Source: Balanoglossus misakiensis (Eukaryota > Animalia > Hemichordata). From it: 64,000 bases of DNA. The stretch lies in NCBI GenBank assembly GCA_040954595.2, contig CM082582.2, positions 3,022,303 to 3,086,302 of the forward strand, in the 5' to 3' direction. The notes beneath the pieces were generated by a model. That model was not told where the DNA came from. It worked only from the letters and a program-made list of their open reading frames with translations, and did not search any database. Of this stretch, positions 10,788 through 23,600 are shown piece by piece. Made by a program: the position numbers and the translations under genes. Every line of letters begins with the position of its first letter. The first letter of the stretch is position 1.

Positions 10788-13649
10788 TAGCTACATTGGT
10801 AGGCTGAAAGCTTACTTCCTGAGACTGTTTGTGCCAATGACGGGTAAGACCGCTTATGAAGTGGTGACCTAAGACAGGCGACAGTCAGGCTTCACTTACA
10901 AAAAGTGGAAAATAAAATAGCTACATTGGTAGGCTGAAAGCTTACTTCCTGAGACTGTTTGTGCCAATGACGGGTAAGACCGCTTATGAAGTGGTGACCT
11001 AAGACAGGCGACAGTCAGGCTTCACTTATAAAAAGTGGAAAATACAATAGCTACATTGGTAGGCTGAAAGCTTACGTCCTGAGACTGTTTGTGCCAATGA
11101 CGGGTAAGACCGCTTATGAAGTGGTGACCTAAGACAGGCGACAGTCAGGCTTCACTTACAAAAAGTGGAAAATACAATAGGTACATTGGTAGGCTGAAAG
11201 CTTACTTCCTGAGACTGTTTGTGCCAATGACGGGTAAGACCGCTTATGAAGTGGTGACCTAAGACAGGCGACAGTCAGGCTTCACTTACAAAAAGTGGAA
11301 AATACAATAGCTACATTGTTACGCTGAAAGCTTACTTCCTGTGACTGTTTGTGCCAATGACGGGTAAGACCGCTTATGAAGTGGTGACCTAAGACAGGCG
11401 ACAGTCAGGCTTCACTTACAAAAAGTGGAAAATACAATAGGTACATTGGTAGGCTGAAAGCTTACTTCCTGAGACTGTTTGTGCCAATGACGGGTAAGAC
11501 CGCTTATGAAGTGGTGACCTAAGACAGGCGACAGTCAGGCTTCACTTACAAAAAGTGGAAAATACAATAGCTACATTGGTAGGCTGAAAGCTTACTTCCT
11601 GAGACTGTTTGTGCCAATGACGGGTAAGACCGCTTATGAAGTGGTGACCTAAGACAGGCGACAGTCAGGCTTCACTTACAAAAAGTGGAAAATACAATAG
11701 CTACATTGGTAGGCTGAAAGCTTACTTCCTGAGACTGTTTGTGCCAATGACGGGTAAGACCGCTTATGAAGTGGTGACCTAAGACAGGCGACAGTCAGGC
11801 TTCACTTACAAAAAGTGGAAAATACAATAGCTACATTGGTAGGCTGAAAGCTTACTTCCTGAGACTGTTTGTGCCAATGACGGGTAAGACCGCTTATGAA
11901 GTGGTGACCTAAGACAGGCGACAGTCAGGCTTCACTTACAAAAAGTGGAAAATACAATAGCTACATTGGTAGGCTGAAAGCTTACTTCCTGAGACTGTTT
12001 GTGCCAATGACGGGTAAGACCGCTTATGAAGTGGTGACCTAAGACAGGCGACAGTCAGGCTACACTTACAAAAAGTGGAAAATATAATAGCTACATTGGT
12101 AGGCTGAAAGCTTACTTTCTGAGACTGTTTGTGCCAATGACGGGTAAGACCGCTTATGAAGTGTTGACCTGAGACAGGCGACAGTCAGGCTTCACTTACA
12201 AAAAGTGGAAAATAAAATAGCTACATTGGTAGGCTGAAAGCTTACTTCCTGAGACTGTTTGTGCCAATGACGGGTAAGACCGCTTATGAAGTGGTGACCT
12301 AAGACAGGCGACAGTCAGGCTTCACTTACAAAAAGTGTAAAATATAATAGCTACATTGGTAGGCTGAAAGCTTACTTCCTGAGACTGTTTGTGCCAATGA
12401 CGGGTAAGACCGCTTATGAAGTGGTGACCTAAGACAGGCGACAGTCAGGCTTCACTTACAAAAAGTGGAAAATACAATAGCTACATTGTTACGCTGAAAG
12501 CTTACTTCCTGTGACTGTTTGTGCCAATGACGGGTAAGACCGCTTATGAAGTGGTGACCTAAGACAGGCGACAGTCAGGCTTCACTTACAAAAAGTGGAA
12601 AATACAATAGGTACATTGGTAGGCTGAAAGCTTACTTCCTGAGACTGTTTGTGCCAATGACGGGTAAGACCGCTTATGAAGTGGTGACCTAAGACAGGCG
12701 ACAGTCAGGCTTCACTTACAAAAAGTGGAAAATACAATAGCTACATTGGTAGGCTGAAAGCTTACTTCCTGAGACTGTTTGTGCCAATGACGGGTAAGAC
12801 CGCTTATGAAGTGGTGACCTAAGGCAGGCGACAGTCAGGCTTCACTTACAAAAAGTGGAAAATACAATAGCTACATTGGTAGGCTGAAAGCTTACTTCCT
12901 GAGACTGTTTGTGCCAATGACGGGTAAGACCGCTTATGAAGTGGTGACCTAAGACAGGCGACAGTCAGGCTTCACTTACAAAAAGTGGAAAATATAATAG
13001 CTACATTGGTAGGCTGAAAGCTTACTTCCTGAGACTGTTTGTGCCAATGACGGGTAAGACCGCTTATGAAGTGGTGACCTAAGACAGGCGACAGTCAGGC
13101 TTCACTTACAAAAAGTGTAAAATATAATAGCTACATTGGTAGGCTGAAAGCTTACTTCCTGAGACTGTTTGTGCCAATGACGGGTAAGACCGCTTATGAA
13201 GTGTTGACCTGAGACAGGCGACAGTCAGGCTTCACTTACAAAAAGTGGAAAATACAATAGCTACATTGGTAGGCTGAAAGCTTACTTCCTGAGACTGTTT
13301 GTGCCAATGACGGGTAAGACCGCTTATGAAGTGGTGACCTAAGACAGGCGACAGTCAGGCTTCACTTACAAAAAGTGGAAAATATAATAGCTACATTGGT
13401 AGGCTGAAAGCTTACTTCCTGAGACTGTTTGTGCCAATGATGGGTAAGACCGCTTATGAAGTGGTGACCTAAGACAGGCGACAGTCAGGCTTCACTTACA
13501 AAAAGTGGAAAATACAATAGCTACATTGGTAGGCTGAAAGCTTAATTCCTGAGACAGTTTATGCCAATGACGGGTAAGACCGCTTATGAAGTGGTGACCT
13601 AAGACAGGCGACAGTCAGGCTTCACTTACAAAAAGTGGAAAATAAAATA
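10788..13649. repeat. 130-bp satellite array, block 2 (22 monomers)
   Basis: The offset between the two transposon copies is 3908 = 1046 + 2 + 22x130. Confidence 0.99.
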
Positions 13650-14695
13650 CAGTCGAACCTCGGTATAACGAAAACGCTTACAACGAAAAACCGCTTACAA
13701 CGAACGAACAGTCATAGTCCCGAATTGGTACCATTGTTTTCTATGGCCATTCATACCACTTACAACGAACGAACATTTATCAATCACCGCTTACAACGAA
13801 GACATTTTCATTGTGTTACGAACACCTTTTGAATAAAGGTTGGAAATAAACAATGTGCAATTTGACTTTGATCAAACTAAAATGCCCTGTAACTTCTTCA
13901 CACCTTCCTATGGCAGTCCAATGTCTGAATATAGGGGTCGGGGCAGCAAATTCACGCCTATTGTTTACATGTGCTTACGAAGCATCACGCTTTTGACAGG
14001 TCGTTGGGCATCAATGTGAAAAAAGCTTTCAAGTCGTTTACACATTACGGGATTTTGACTTTGATCTTAAATTTGAAAATGACCGATATGAGACACTCAT
14101 CATGGTTGAAGGTGACATCGAGTACCATCGCGAACTGTTTTCGAAAAGCCCTATGTAGGAACGCGTCGACCGGTGTCCTTGACACAGCGAGTGACCTCTG
14201 GGCTACCGTTATGCCGCATATCTGCAGTCCCGCGAGAACATCGATGATGCTACCTACCATCATCTCTCTTCGATTGAAGACACGATGTTTTCAATCATGT
14301 GTTCCGTTCAGCGACAATCGAAGATTACGAACTTTTTTTCTTGCCCGCGTGAGTAACTTCGATAGGAAAACGGACAATTGAATCTGGGCGGCCTGAGGTT
14401 CATGTAGTTTTTAATTCGTGAATTTTAACTTCTTTCCGCATTGTGATTTTTGTACAATTTATTTATTAACATACTGTACATTTATGTTTTGATTTTTCAC
14501 TAATTTATTAAGTACTGTAATAAAAAGTTTGTTTGTATGAAGTACGTGTTGTGTGCGTTTACAGGTGGGTGTGTATAATGGCCGCCATTTTATTCCAGTG
14601 ACACGCCCCCATTTTCTATGTGGTTACAACGAACTCCGGGTATTACGAATAGATTCAAACAGTCCCCTGTTCTTCGTTATACCGAGGTTCGACTG
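13650..14695 (+). mobile_element. Non-autonomous pogo/Tigger-family DNA transposon, copy 2 (apparently identical to copy 1)
   Basis: Same TIRs (13650-13672 and 14673-14695), TA flanks, orientation and monomer position as copy 1. The ORF-track translations are identical at +3908. Confidence 0.93.
14098..14356 (+). pseudogene. pogo/Tigger transposase remnant, copy 2
   Basis: Same sequence as 10190-10448, shifted by 3908 bp. Confidence 0.75.
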
Positions 14696-17600
14696 TAGCT
14701 ACATTGGTAGGCTGAAAGCTTACTTCCTGAGACTGTTTGTGCCAATGACGGGTAAGACCGCTTATGAAGTGGTGACCTAAGACAGGCGACAGTCAGGCTT
14801 CACTTACAAAAAGTGGAAAATAAAATAGCTACATTGGTAGGCTGAAAGCTTACTTCCTGAGACTGTTTGTGCCAATGACGGGTAAGACCGCTTATGAAGT
14901 GGTGACCTAAGACAGGCGACAGTCAGGCTTCACTTATAAAAAGTGGAAAATACAATAGCTACATTGGTAGGCTGAAAGCTTACGTCCTGAGACTGTTTGT
15001 GCCAATGACGGGTAAGACCGCTTATGAAGTGGTGACCTAAGACAGGCGACAGTCAGGCTTCACTTACAAAAAGTGGAAAATACAATAGCTACATTGGTAG
15101 GCTGAAAAGCTTACTTCCTGAGACTGTTTGTGCCAATGACAGGTAAGACCGCTTATGAAGTGGTGACCTAAGATAGGCGACAGTCAGGCTTCACTTACAA
15201 AAAGTGGAAAATACAATAGCTACATTGGTAGGCTGAAAGCTTACTTCCTGAGACTGTTTGTGCCAATGACGGGTAAGACCGCTTATGAAGTGGTGACCTA
15301 AGACAGGCGACAGTCAGGCTTCACTTACAAAACGTGGAAAATACAATAGCTACATTGGTAGGCTGAAAGCTTACTTCCTGAGACTGTTTGTGCCAATGAC
15401 GGGTAAGACCGCTTATGAAGTGGTGACCTAAGACAGGCGACAGTCAAGCTTCACTTACAAAAAGTGGAAAATATAATAGCTACATTGGTAGGCTGAAAGC
15501 TTACTTCCTGAGACTGTTTGTGCCAATGACGGGTAAGACCGCTTATGAAGTGTTGACCTAAGACAGGCGACAGTCAGGCTTCACTTACAAAAAGTGGAAA
15601 ATAAAATAGCTACATTGGTAGGCTGAAAGCTTACTTCCTGAGACTGTTTGTGCCAATGACGGGTAAGACCGCTTATGAAGTGGTGACCTAAGACAGGCGA
15701 CAGTCAGGCTTCACTTACAAAAAGTGGAAAATAAAATAGCTACATTGGTAGGCTGAAAGCTTACTTCCTGAGACTGTTTGTGCCAATGACGGGTAAGACC
15801 GCTTATGAAGTGGTGACCTAAGACAGGCGACAGTCAGGCTTCACTTACAAAAAGTGGAAAATACAATAGCTACATTGGTAGGCTGAAAGCTTACTTCCTG
15901 AGACTGTTTGTGCCAATGACGGGTAAGACCGCTTATGAAGTGGTGACCTAAGACAGGCGACAGTCAGGCTTCACTTACAAAAAGTGGAAAATAAAATAGC
16001 TACATTGGTAGGCTGAAAGCTTACTTCCTGAGACTGTTTGTGCCAATGACGGGTAAGACCGCGGCCGCTTATGAAGTGGTGACCTAAGACAGGCGACAGT
16101 CAGGCTTCACTTACAAAAAGTGGAAAATACAATAGCTACATTGGTAGGCTGAAAGCTTACTTCCTGAGACTGTTTGTGCCAATGACAGGTAAGACCGCTT
16201 ATGAAGTGGTGACCTAAGATAGGTGACAGTCAGGCTTCACTTACAAAAAGTGGAAAATACAATAGCTACATTGGTAGGCTGAAAGCTTACTTCCTGAGAC
16301 TGTTTGTGCCAATAACGGGTAAGACCACTTATGAAGTGGTGACCTAAGACAGGCGACAGTCAGGCTTCACTTACAAAAAGTGGAAAATATAATAGCTACA
16401 TTGGTAGGCTGAAAGCTTACTTCCTGAGACTGTTTGTGCCTATGACGGGTAAGACCGCTTATGAAGTGGTGACCTAAGACAGGCGACAGTTAGGCTTCAC
16501 TTACAAAAAGTGGAAAATACAATAGCTACATTTGTACGTGAAAGCTTACTTCCTGTGACTGTTTGTGCCAATGACGGGTAAGACCGCTTATGAAGTGGTG
16601 ACCTAAGACAGGCGACAGTCAGGCTTCACTTACAAAAAGTGGAAAATACAATAGCTACATTGGCAGGCTGAAAGCTTACTTCCTGAGACTGTTTGTGCCA
16701 ATGACGGGTAAGACCGCGGCCGCTTATGAAGTGGTGACCTAAGACAGGCGACAGTCAGGCTTCACTTACAAAAAGTGGAAAATATAATAGCGACATTGGT
16801 AGGCTGAAAGCTTACTTCCTGAGACTGTTTGTGCCAATGACGGGTAGGACCGCTTATGAAGTGGTGACCTAAGACAGGCGACAGTCAGGCTTCACTTACA
16901 AAAAGTGGAAAATAAAATAGCTACATTGGTAGGCTGAAAGCTTACTTCCTGAGACTGTTTGTGCCAATGACGGGTAAGACCGCTTATGAAGTGGTGACCT
17001 AAGACAGGCGACAGTCAGGCTTCACTAACAAAAAGTGGAAAATAAACTAGCTACATTGGTAGGCTGAAAGCTTACTTCCTGAGACTATTTGTGCCAATGA
17101 CGGGTAAGACCGCTTATGAAGTGGTGACCTAAGACAGGCGACAGACATGCTTCACTTACAAAAAGTGGAAAATACAATAGCTACATTGGTAGGCTGAAAG
17201 CTTACTTCCTGAGACAGTTTGTGCCAATGACGGGTAAGACCGCTTATGAAGTGGTGACCTAAGACAGGCGACAGTCAGGCTTCACTTACAAAAAGTGGAA
17301 AATACAATAGCTACATTGGTAGGCTGAAAGCTTACTTCCTGAGACTATTTGTGCCAATGACGGGTAAGACCGCTTATGAAGTGGTGACCTAAGACAGGCG
17401 ACAGACATGCTTCACTTACAAAAAGTGGAAAATACAATAGCTACATTGGTAGGCTGAAAGCTTACTTCCTGAGACAGTTTGTGCCAATGACGGGTAAGAC
17501 CGCTTATGAAGTGGTGACCTAAGACAGGCGACAGTCAGGCTTCACTTACAAAAAGTGGAAAATACAATAGCTACATTGGTAGGCTGAAAGCTTACTTCCT

Positions 17601-20600
17601 GAGACTGTTTGTGCCAATGACGGGTAAGTCCGCTTATGAAGTGGTGACCTAAGACAGGCGACAGTCAGGCTTCACTTACAAAAAGTGGAAAATATAATAG
17701 CTACATTGGTAGGCTGAAAGCTTACTTCCTGAGACTGTTTGTGCCAATGACGGGTAAGACCGCTTATGAAGTGGTGACCTAAGACAGGCGACAGTCAGGC
17801 TTCACTTACAAAAAGTGGAAAATTCAATAGCTACATTGGTAGGCTGAAAGCTTACTTTCTGAGACTGTTTGTGCCAATGACGGGTAAGACCGCTTATGAA
17901 GTGGTGACCTAAGACAGGCGACAGTCAGGCTTCACTTACAAAAAGTGGAAAATACAATAGCTACATTGGTAGGCTGAAAGCTTACTTCCTGAGACTGTTT
18001 GTGCCAATGACAGGTAAGACCGCTTATGAAGTGGTGACCTAAGATAGGCGACAGTCAGGCTTCACTTACAAAAAGTGGAAAATACAATAGCTACATTGGT
18101 AGGCTGAAAGCTTACTTCCTGAGACTGTTTGTGCCAATAACGGGTAAGACCACTTATGAAGTGGTGACCTAAGACAGGCGACAGTCAGGCTTCACTTACA
18201 AAAAGTGGAAAATATAATAGCTACATTGGTAGGCTGAAAGCTTACTTCCTGAGACTGTTTGTGCCAATGACGGGTAAGACCGCTTATGAAGTGGTGACCT
18301 AAGACAGGCGACAGTCAGGCTTCACTTACAAAAAGTGGAAAATACAATAGCTACATTTGTACGTGAAAGCTTACTTCCTGTGACTGTTTGTGCCAATGAC
18401 GGGTAAGACCGCTTATGAAGTGGTGACCTAAGACAGGCGACAGTCAGGCTTCACTTACAAAAAGTGGAAAATACAATAGCTACATTGGCAGGCTGAAAGC
18501 TTACTTCCTGAGACTGTTTGTGCCAATGACGGGTAAGACCGCGGCCGCTTATGAAGTGGTGACCTAAGACAGGCGACAGTCAGGCTTCACTTACAAAAAG
18601 TGGAAAATACAATAGCTACATTGGTAGGTTGAAAGCTTACTTCCTGAGACTGTTTGTGCCAATGACGGGTAAGACCGCTTATGAAGTGGTGACCTAAGAC
18701 AGGCGACAGTCAGGCTTCACTTACAAAAAGTGGAAAATATAATAGCTACATTGGTAGGCTGAAAGCTTACTTCCTGAGACTGTTTGTGCCAATGACGGGT
18801 AAGACCGCTTATGAAGTGTTGACCTAAGACAGGCGACAGTCAGGCTTCACTTACAAAAAGTGGAAAATAAAATAGCTACATTGGTAGGCTGAAAGCTTAC
18901 TTCCTGAGACTGTTTGTGCCAATGACGGGTAAGACCGCTTATAAAGTGGTGACCTAAGACAGGCGACAGTCAGGCTTCACTTACAAAAAGTGGAAAATAC
19001 AATAGCTACATTGGTAGGCTGAAAGCTTACTTCCTGAGACTGTTTGTGCCAATGACGGGTAAGACCGCTTATGAAGTGATGACCAAAGACAGGCGACAGT
19101 CAGGCTTCACTTACAAAAAGTGGAAAATAAAATAGCTACATTGGTAGGCTGAAAGCTTACTTCCTGAGACTGTTTGTGCCAATGACGGGTAAGACCGCTT
19201 ATGAAGTGGTGACCTAAGACAGGCGACAGTCAGGCTTCACTTACAAAAAGTGGAAAATAAACTAGCTACATTGGTAGGCATAAAGCTTACTTCCTGAGAC
19301 TATTTGTGCCAATGACGGGTAAGACCGCTTATGAAGTGGTGACCTAAGACAGGCGACAGTCATGCTTCACTTACAAAAAGTGGAAAATACAATAGCTACA
19401 TTGGTAGGCTGAAAGCTTACTTCCTGAGACAGTTTGTGCCAATGACGGGTAAGACCGCTTATGAAGTGGTGACCTAAGACAGGCGACAGTCAGGCTTCAC
19501 TTACAAAAAGTTGAAAATACAATAGCTACATTGGTAGGCTGAAAGCTTACTTCCTGAGACTGTTTGTGCCAATGACGGGTAAGTCCGCTTATGAAGTGGT
19601 GACCTAAGACAGGCGACAGTCAGGCTTCACTTACAAAAAGTGGAAAATATAATAGCTACATTGGTAGGCTGAAAGCTTACTTCCTGAGACTGTTTGTGCC
19701 AATGACGGGTAAGACCGCTTATGAAGTGGTGACCTAAGACAGGCGACAGTCAGGCTTCACTTACAAAAAGTGGAAAATTCAATAGCTACATTGGTAGGCT
19801 GAAAGCTTACTTTCTGAGACTGTTTGTGCCAATGACGGGTAAGACCGCTTATGAAGTGGTGACCTAAGACAGGCGACAGTCAGGCTTCACTTACAAAAAG
19901 TGGAAAATACAATAGCTACATTGGTAGGCTGAAAGCTTACTTCCTGAGACTGTTTGTGCCAATGACGGGTAAGACCGCTTATGAAGTGGTGACCTAAGAC
20001 AGGCGACAGTCAGGCTTCACTTACAAAAAGTGGAAAATACAATAGCTACATTGGTAGGCTGAAAGCTTACTTCCTGAGACTGTTTGTGCCAATGACGGGT
20101 AAGACCACTTATGAAGTGGTGACCTAAGACAGGCGACAGTCAGGCTTCACTTACAAAAAGTGGAAAATATAATAGCTACATTGGTAGGCTGAAAGCTTAC
20201 TTCCTGAGACTGTTTGTGCCAATGACGGGTAAGACCGCTTATGAAGTGGTGACCTAAGACAGGCGACTGTCAGGCTTCACTTACAAAAAGTGGAAAATAC
20301 AATAGCTACATTTGTACGTGAAAGCTTACTTCCTGTGACTGTTTGTGCCAATGACGGGTAAGACCGCTTATGAAGTGGTGACCTAAGACAGGCGACAGTC
20401 AGGCTTCACTTACAAAAAGTGGAAAATACAATAGCTACATTGGCAGGCTGAAAGCTTACTTCCTGAGACTGTTTGTGCCAATGACGGGTAAGACCGCGGC
20501 CGCTTATGAAGTGGTGACCTAAGACAGGCGACAGTCAGGCTTCACTTACAAAAAGTGGAAAATACAATAGCTACATTGGTAGGTTGAAAGCTTACTTCCT

Positions 20601-23600
20601 GAGACTGTTTGTGCCAATGACGGGTAAGACCGCTTATGAAGTGGTGACCTAAGACAGGCGACAGTCAGGCTTCACTTACAAAAAGTGGAAAATACAATAG
20701 CTACATTGGTAGGCTGAAAGCTTACTTCCTGAGACTGTTTGTGCCAATGACAGGTAAGACCGCTTATGAAGTGGTGACCTAAGACAGGCGACAGTTAGGC
20801 TTCACTTACAAAAAGTGGAAAATATAATAGCTACATTGGTAGGCTGAAAGCTTACTTCCTGAGACTGTTTGTGCCAATGACGGGTAAGACCGCTTATGAA
20901 GTGTTGACCTAAGACAGGCGACAGTCAGGCTTCACTTACAAAAAGTGGAAAATAAAATAGCTACATTGGTAGGCTGAAAGCTTACTTCCTGAGACTGTTT
21001 GTGCCAATGACGGGTAAGACCGCTTATGAAGTGGTGACCTAAGACAGGCGACAGTCAGGCTTCACTTACAAAAAGTGGAAAATACAATAGCTACATTGGT
21101 AGGCTGAAAGCTTACTTCCTGAGACAGTTTGTGCCAATGACGGGTAAGACCGCTTATGAAGTGGTGACCTAAGACAGGCGACAGTCAGGCTTCACTTACA
21201 AAAAGTGGAAAATACAATAGCTACATTGGTAGGCTGAAAGCTTACTTCCTGAGACTGTTTGTGCCAATGACGGGTAAGTCCGCTTATGAAGTGGTGACCT
21301 AAGACAGGCGACAGTCAGGCTTCACTTACAAAAAGTGGAAAATATAATAGCTACATTGGTAGGCTGAAAGCTTACTTCCTGAGACTGTTTGTGCCAATGA
21401 CGGGTAAGACCGCTTATGAAGTGTTGACCTAAGACAGGCGACAGTCAGGCTTCACTTACAAAAAGTGGAAAATATAATAGCTACATTGGTAGGCTGAAAG
21501 CTTACTTCCTGAGACTGTTTGTGCCAATGACGGGTAAGACCGCTTATGAAGTGTTGACCTAAGACAGGCGACAGTCAGGCTTCACTTACAAAAAGTGGAA
21601 AATAAAATAGCTACATTGGTAGGCTGAAAGCTTACTTCCTGAGACTGTTTGTGCCAATGACGGGTAAGACCGCTTATGAAGTGGTGACCTAAGACAGGCG
21701 ACAGTCAGGCTTCACTTACAAAAAGTGGAAAATACAATAGCTACATTGGTAGGCTGAAAGCTTACTTCCTGAGACAGTTTGTGCCAATGACGGGTAAGAC
21801 CGCTTATGAAGTGGTGACCTAAGACAGGCGACAGTCAGGCTTCACTTACAAAAAGTGGAAAATTCAATAGCTACATTGGTAGGCTGAAAGCTTACTTTCT
21901 GAGACTGTTTGTGCCAATGACGGGTAAGACCGCTTATGAAGTGGTGACCTAAGACAGGCGACAGTCAGGCTTCACTTACAAAAAGTGGAAAATACAATAG
22001 CTACATTGGTAGGCTGAAAGCTTACTTCCTGAGACTGTTTGTGCCAATGACAGGTAAGACCGCTTATGAAGTGGTGACCTAAGATAGGCGACAGTCAGGC
22101 TTCACTTACAAAAAGTGGAAAATACAATAGCTACATTGGTAGGCTGAAAGCTTACTTCCTGAGACTGTTTGTGCCAATAACGGGTAAGACCACTTATGAA
22201 GTGGTGACCTAAGACAGGCGACAGTCAGGCTTCACTTACAAAAAGTGGAAAATATAATAGCTACATTGGTAGGCTGAAAGCTTACTTCCTGAGACTGTTT
22301 GTGCCAATGACGGGTAAGACCGCTTATGAAGTGGTGACCTAAGACAGGCGACAGTCAGGCTTCACTTACAAAAAGTGGAAAATACAATAGCTACATTTGT
22401 ACGTGAAAGCTTACTTCCTGTGACTGTTTGTGCCAATGACGGGTAAGACCGCTTATGAAGTGGTGACCTAAGACAGGCGACAGTCAGGCTTCACTTACAA
22501 AAAGTGGAAAATACAATAGCTACATTGGCAGGCTGAAAGCTTACTTCCTGAGACTGTTTGTGCCAATGACGGGTAAGACCGCGGCCGCTTATGAAGTGGT
22601 GACCTAAGACAGGCGACAGTCAGGCTTCACTTACAAAAAGTGGAAAATACAATAGCTACATTGGTAGGTTGAAAGCTTACTTCCTGAGACTGTTTGTGCC
22701 AATGACGGGTAAGACCGCTTATGAAGTGGTGACCTAAGACAGACGACAGTCAGGCTTCACTTACAAAAAGTGGAAAATACAATAGCTACATTGGTAGGTT
22801 GAAAGCTTACTTCCTGAGACTGTTTGTGCCAATGACGGGTAAGACCGCTTATGAAGTGGTGACCTAAGACAGGCGACAGTCAGGCTTCACTTACAAAAAG
22901 TGGAAAATACAATAGCTACATTGGTAGGCTGAAAGCTTACTTCCTGAGACTGTTTGTGCCAATGACAGGTAAGACCGCTTATGAAGTGGTGACCTAAGAC
23001 AGGCGACAGTTAGGCTTCACTTACAAAAAGTGGAAAATATAATAGCTACATTGGTAGGCTGAAAGCTTACTTCCTGAGACTGTTTGTGCCAATGACGGGT
23101 AAGACCGCTTATGAAGTGTTGACCTAAGACAGGCGACAGTCAGGCTTCACTTACAAAAAGTGGAAAATAAAATAGCTACATTGGTAGGCTGAAAGCTTAC
23201 TTCCTGAGACTGTTTGTGCCAATGACGGGTAAGACCGCTTATGAAGTGGTGACCTAAGACAGGCGACAGTCAGGCTTCACTTACAAAAAGTGGAAAATAC
23301 AATAGCTACATTTGTAGGCTGAAAGCTTACTTCCTGAGACTGTTTGTGCCAATGACGGGTAAGACCGCTTATGAAGTGGTGACCTAAGACAGGCGACAGT
23401 CAGGCTTCACTTACAAAAAGTGGAAAATACAATAGCTACATTGGTAGGCTGAAAGCTTAATTCCTGAGACAGTTTATGCCAATGACGGGTAAGACCGCTT
23501 ATGAAGTGGTGACCTAAGACTGGCAACAGTCAGGCTTCACTTACAAAAAGTGGAAAATACAATAGCTACATTGGTAGGCTGTAAGCTTACTTCCTGAGAC

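Noticed and set aside
9727-10872. Short ORFs 9727-9924, 10137-10355(-) and 10645-10872, and their +3908 copies
   Set aside because: They cross satellite/TIR junctions or are antisense to the transposase remnant, and show no protein motifs. The 136-aa ORF is only partly transposase-derived.
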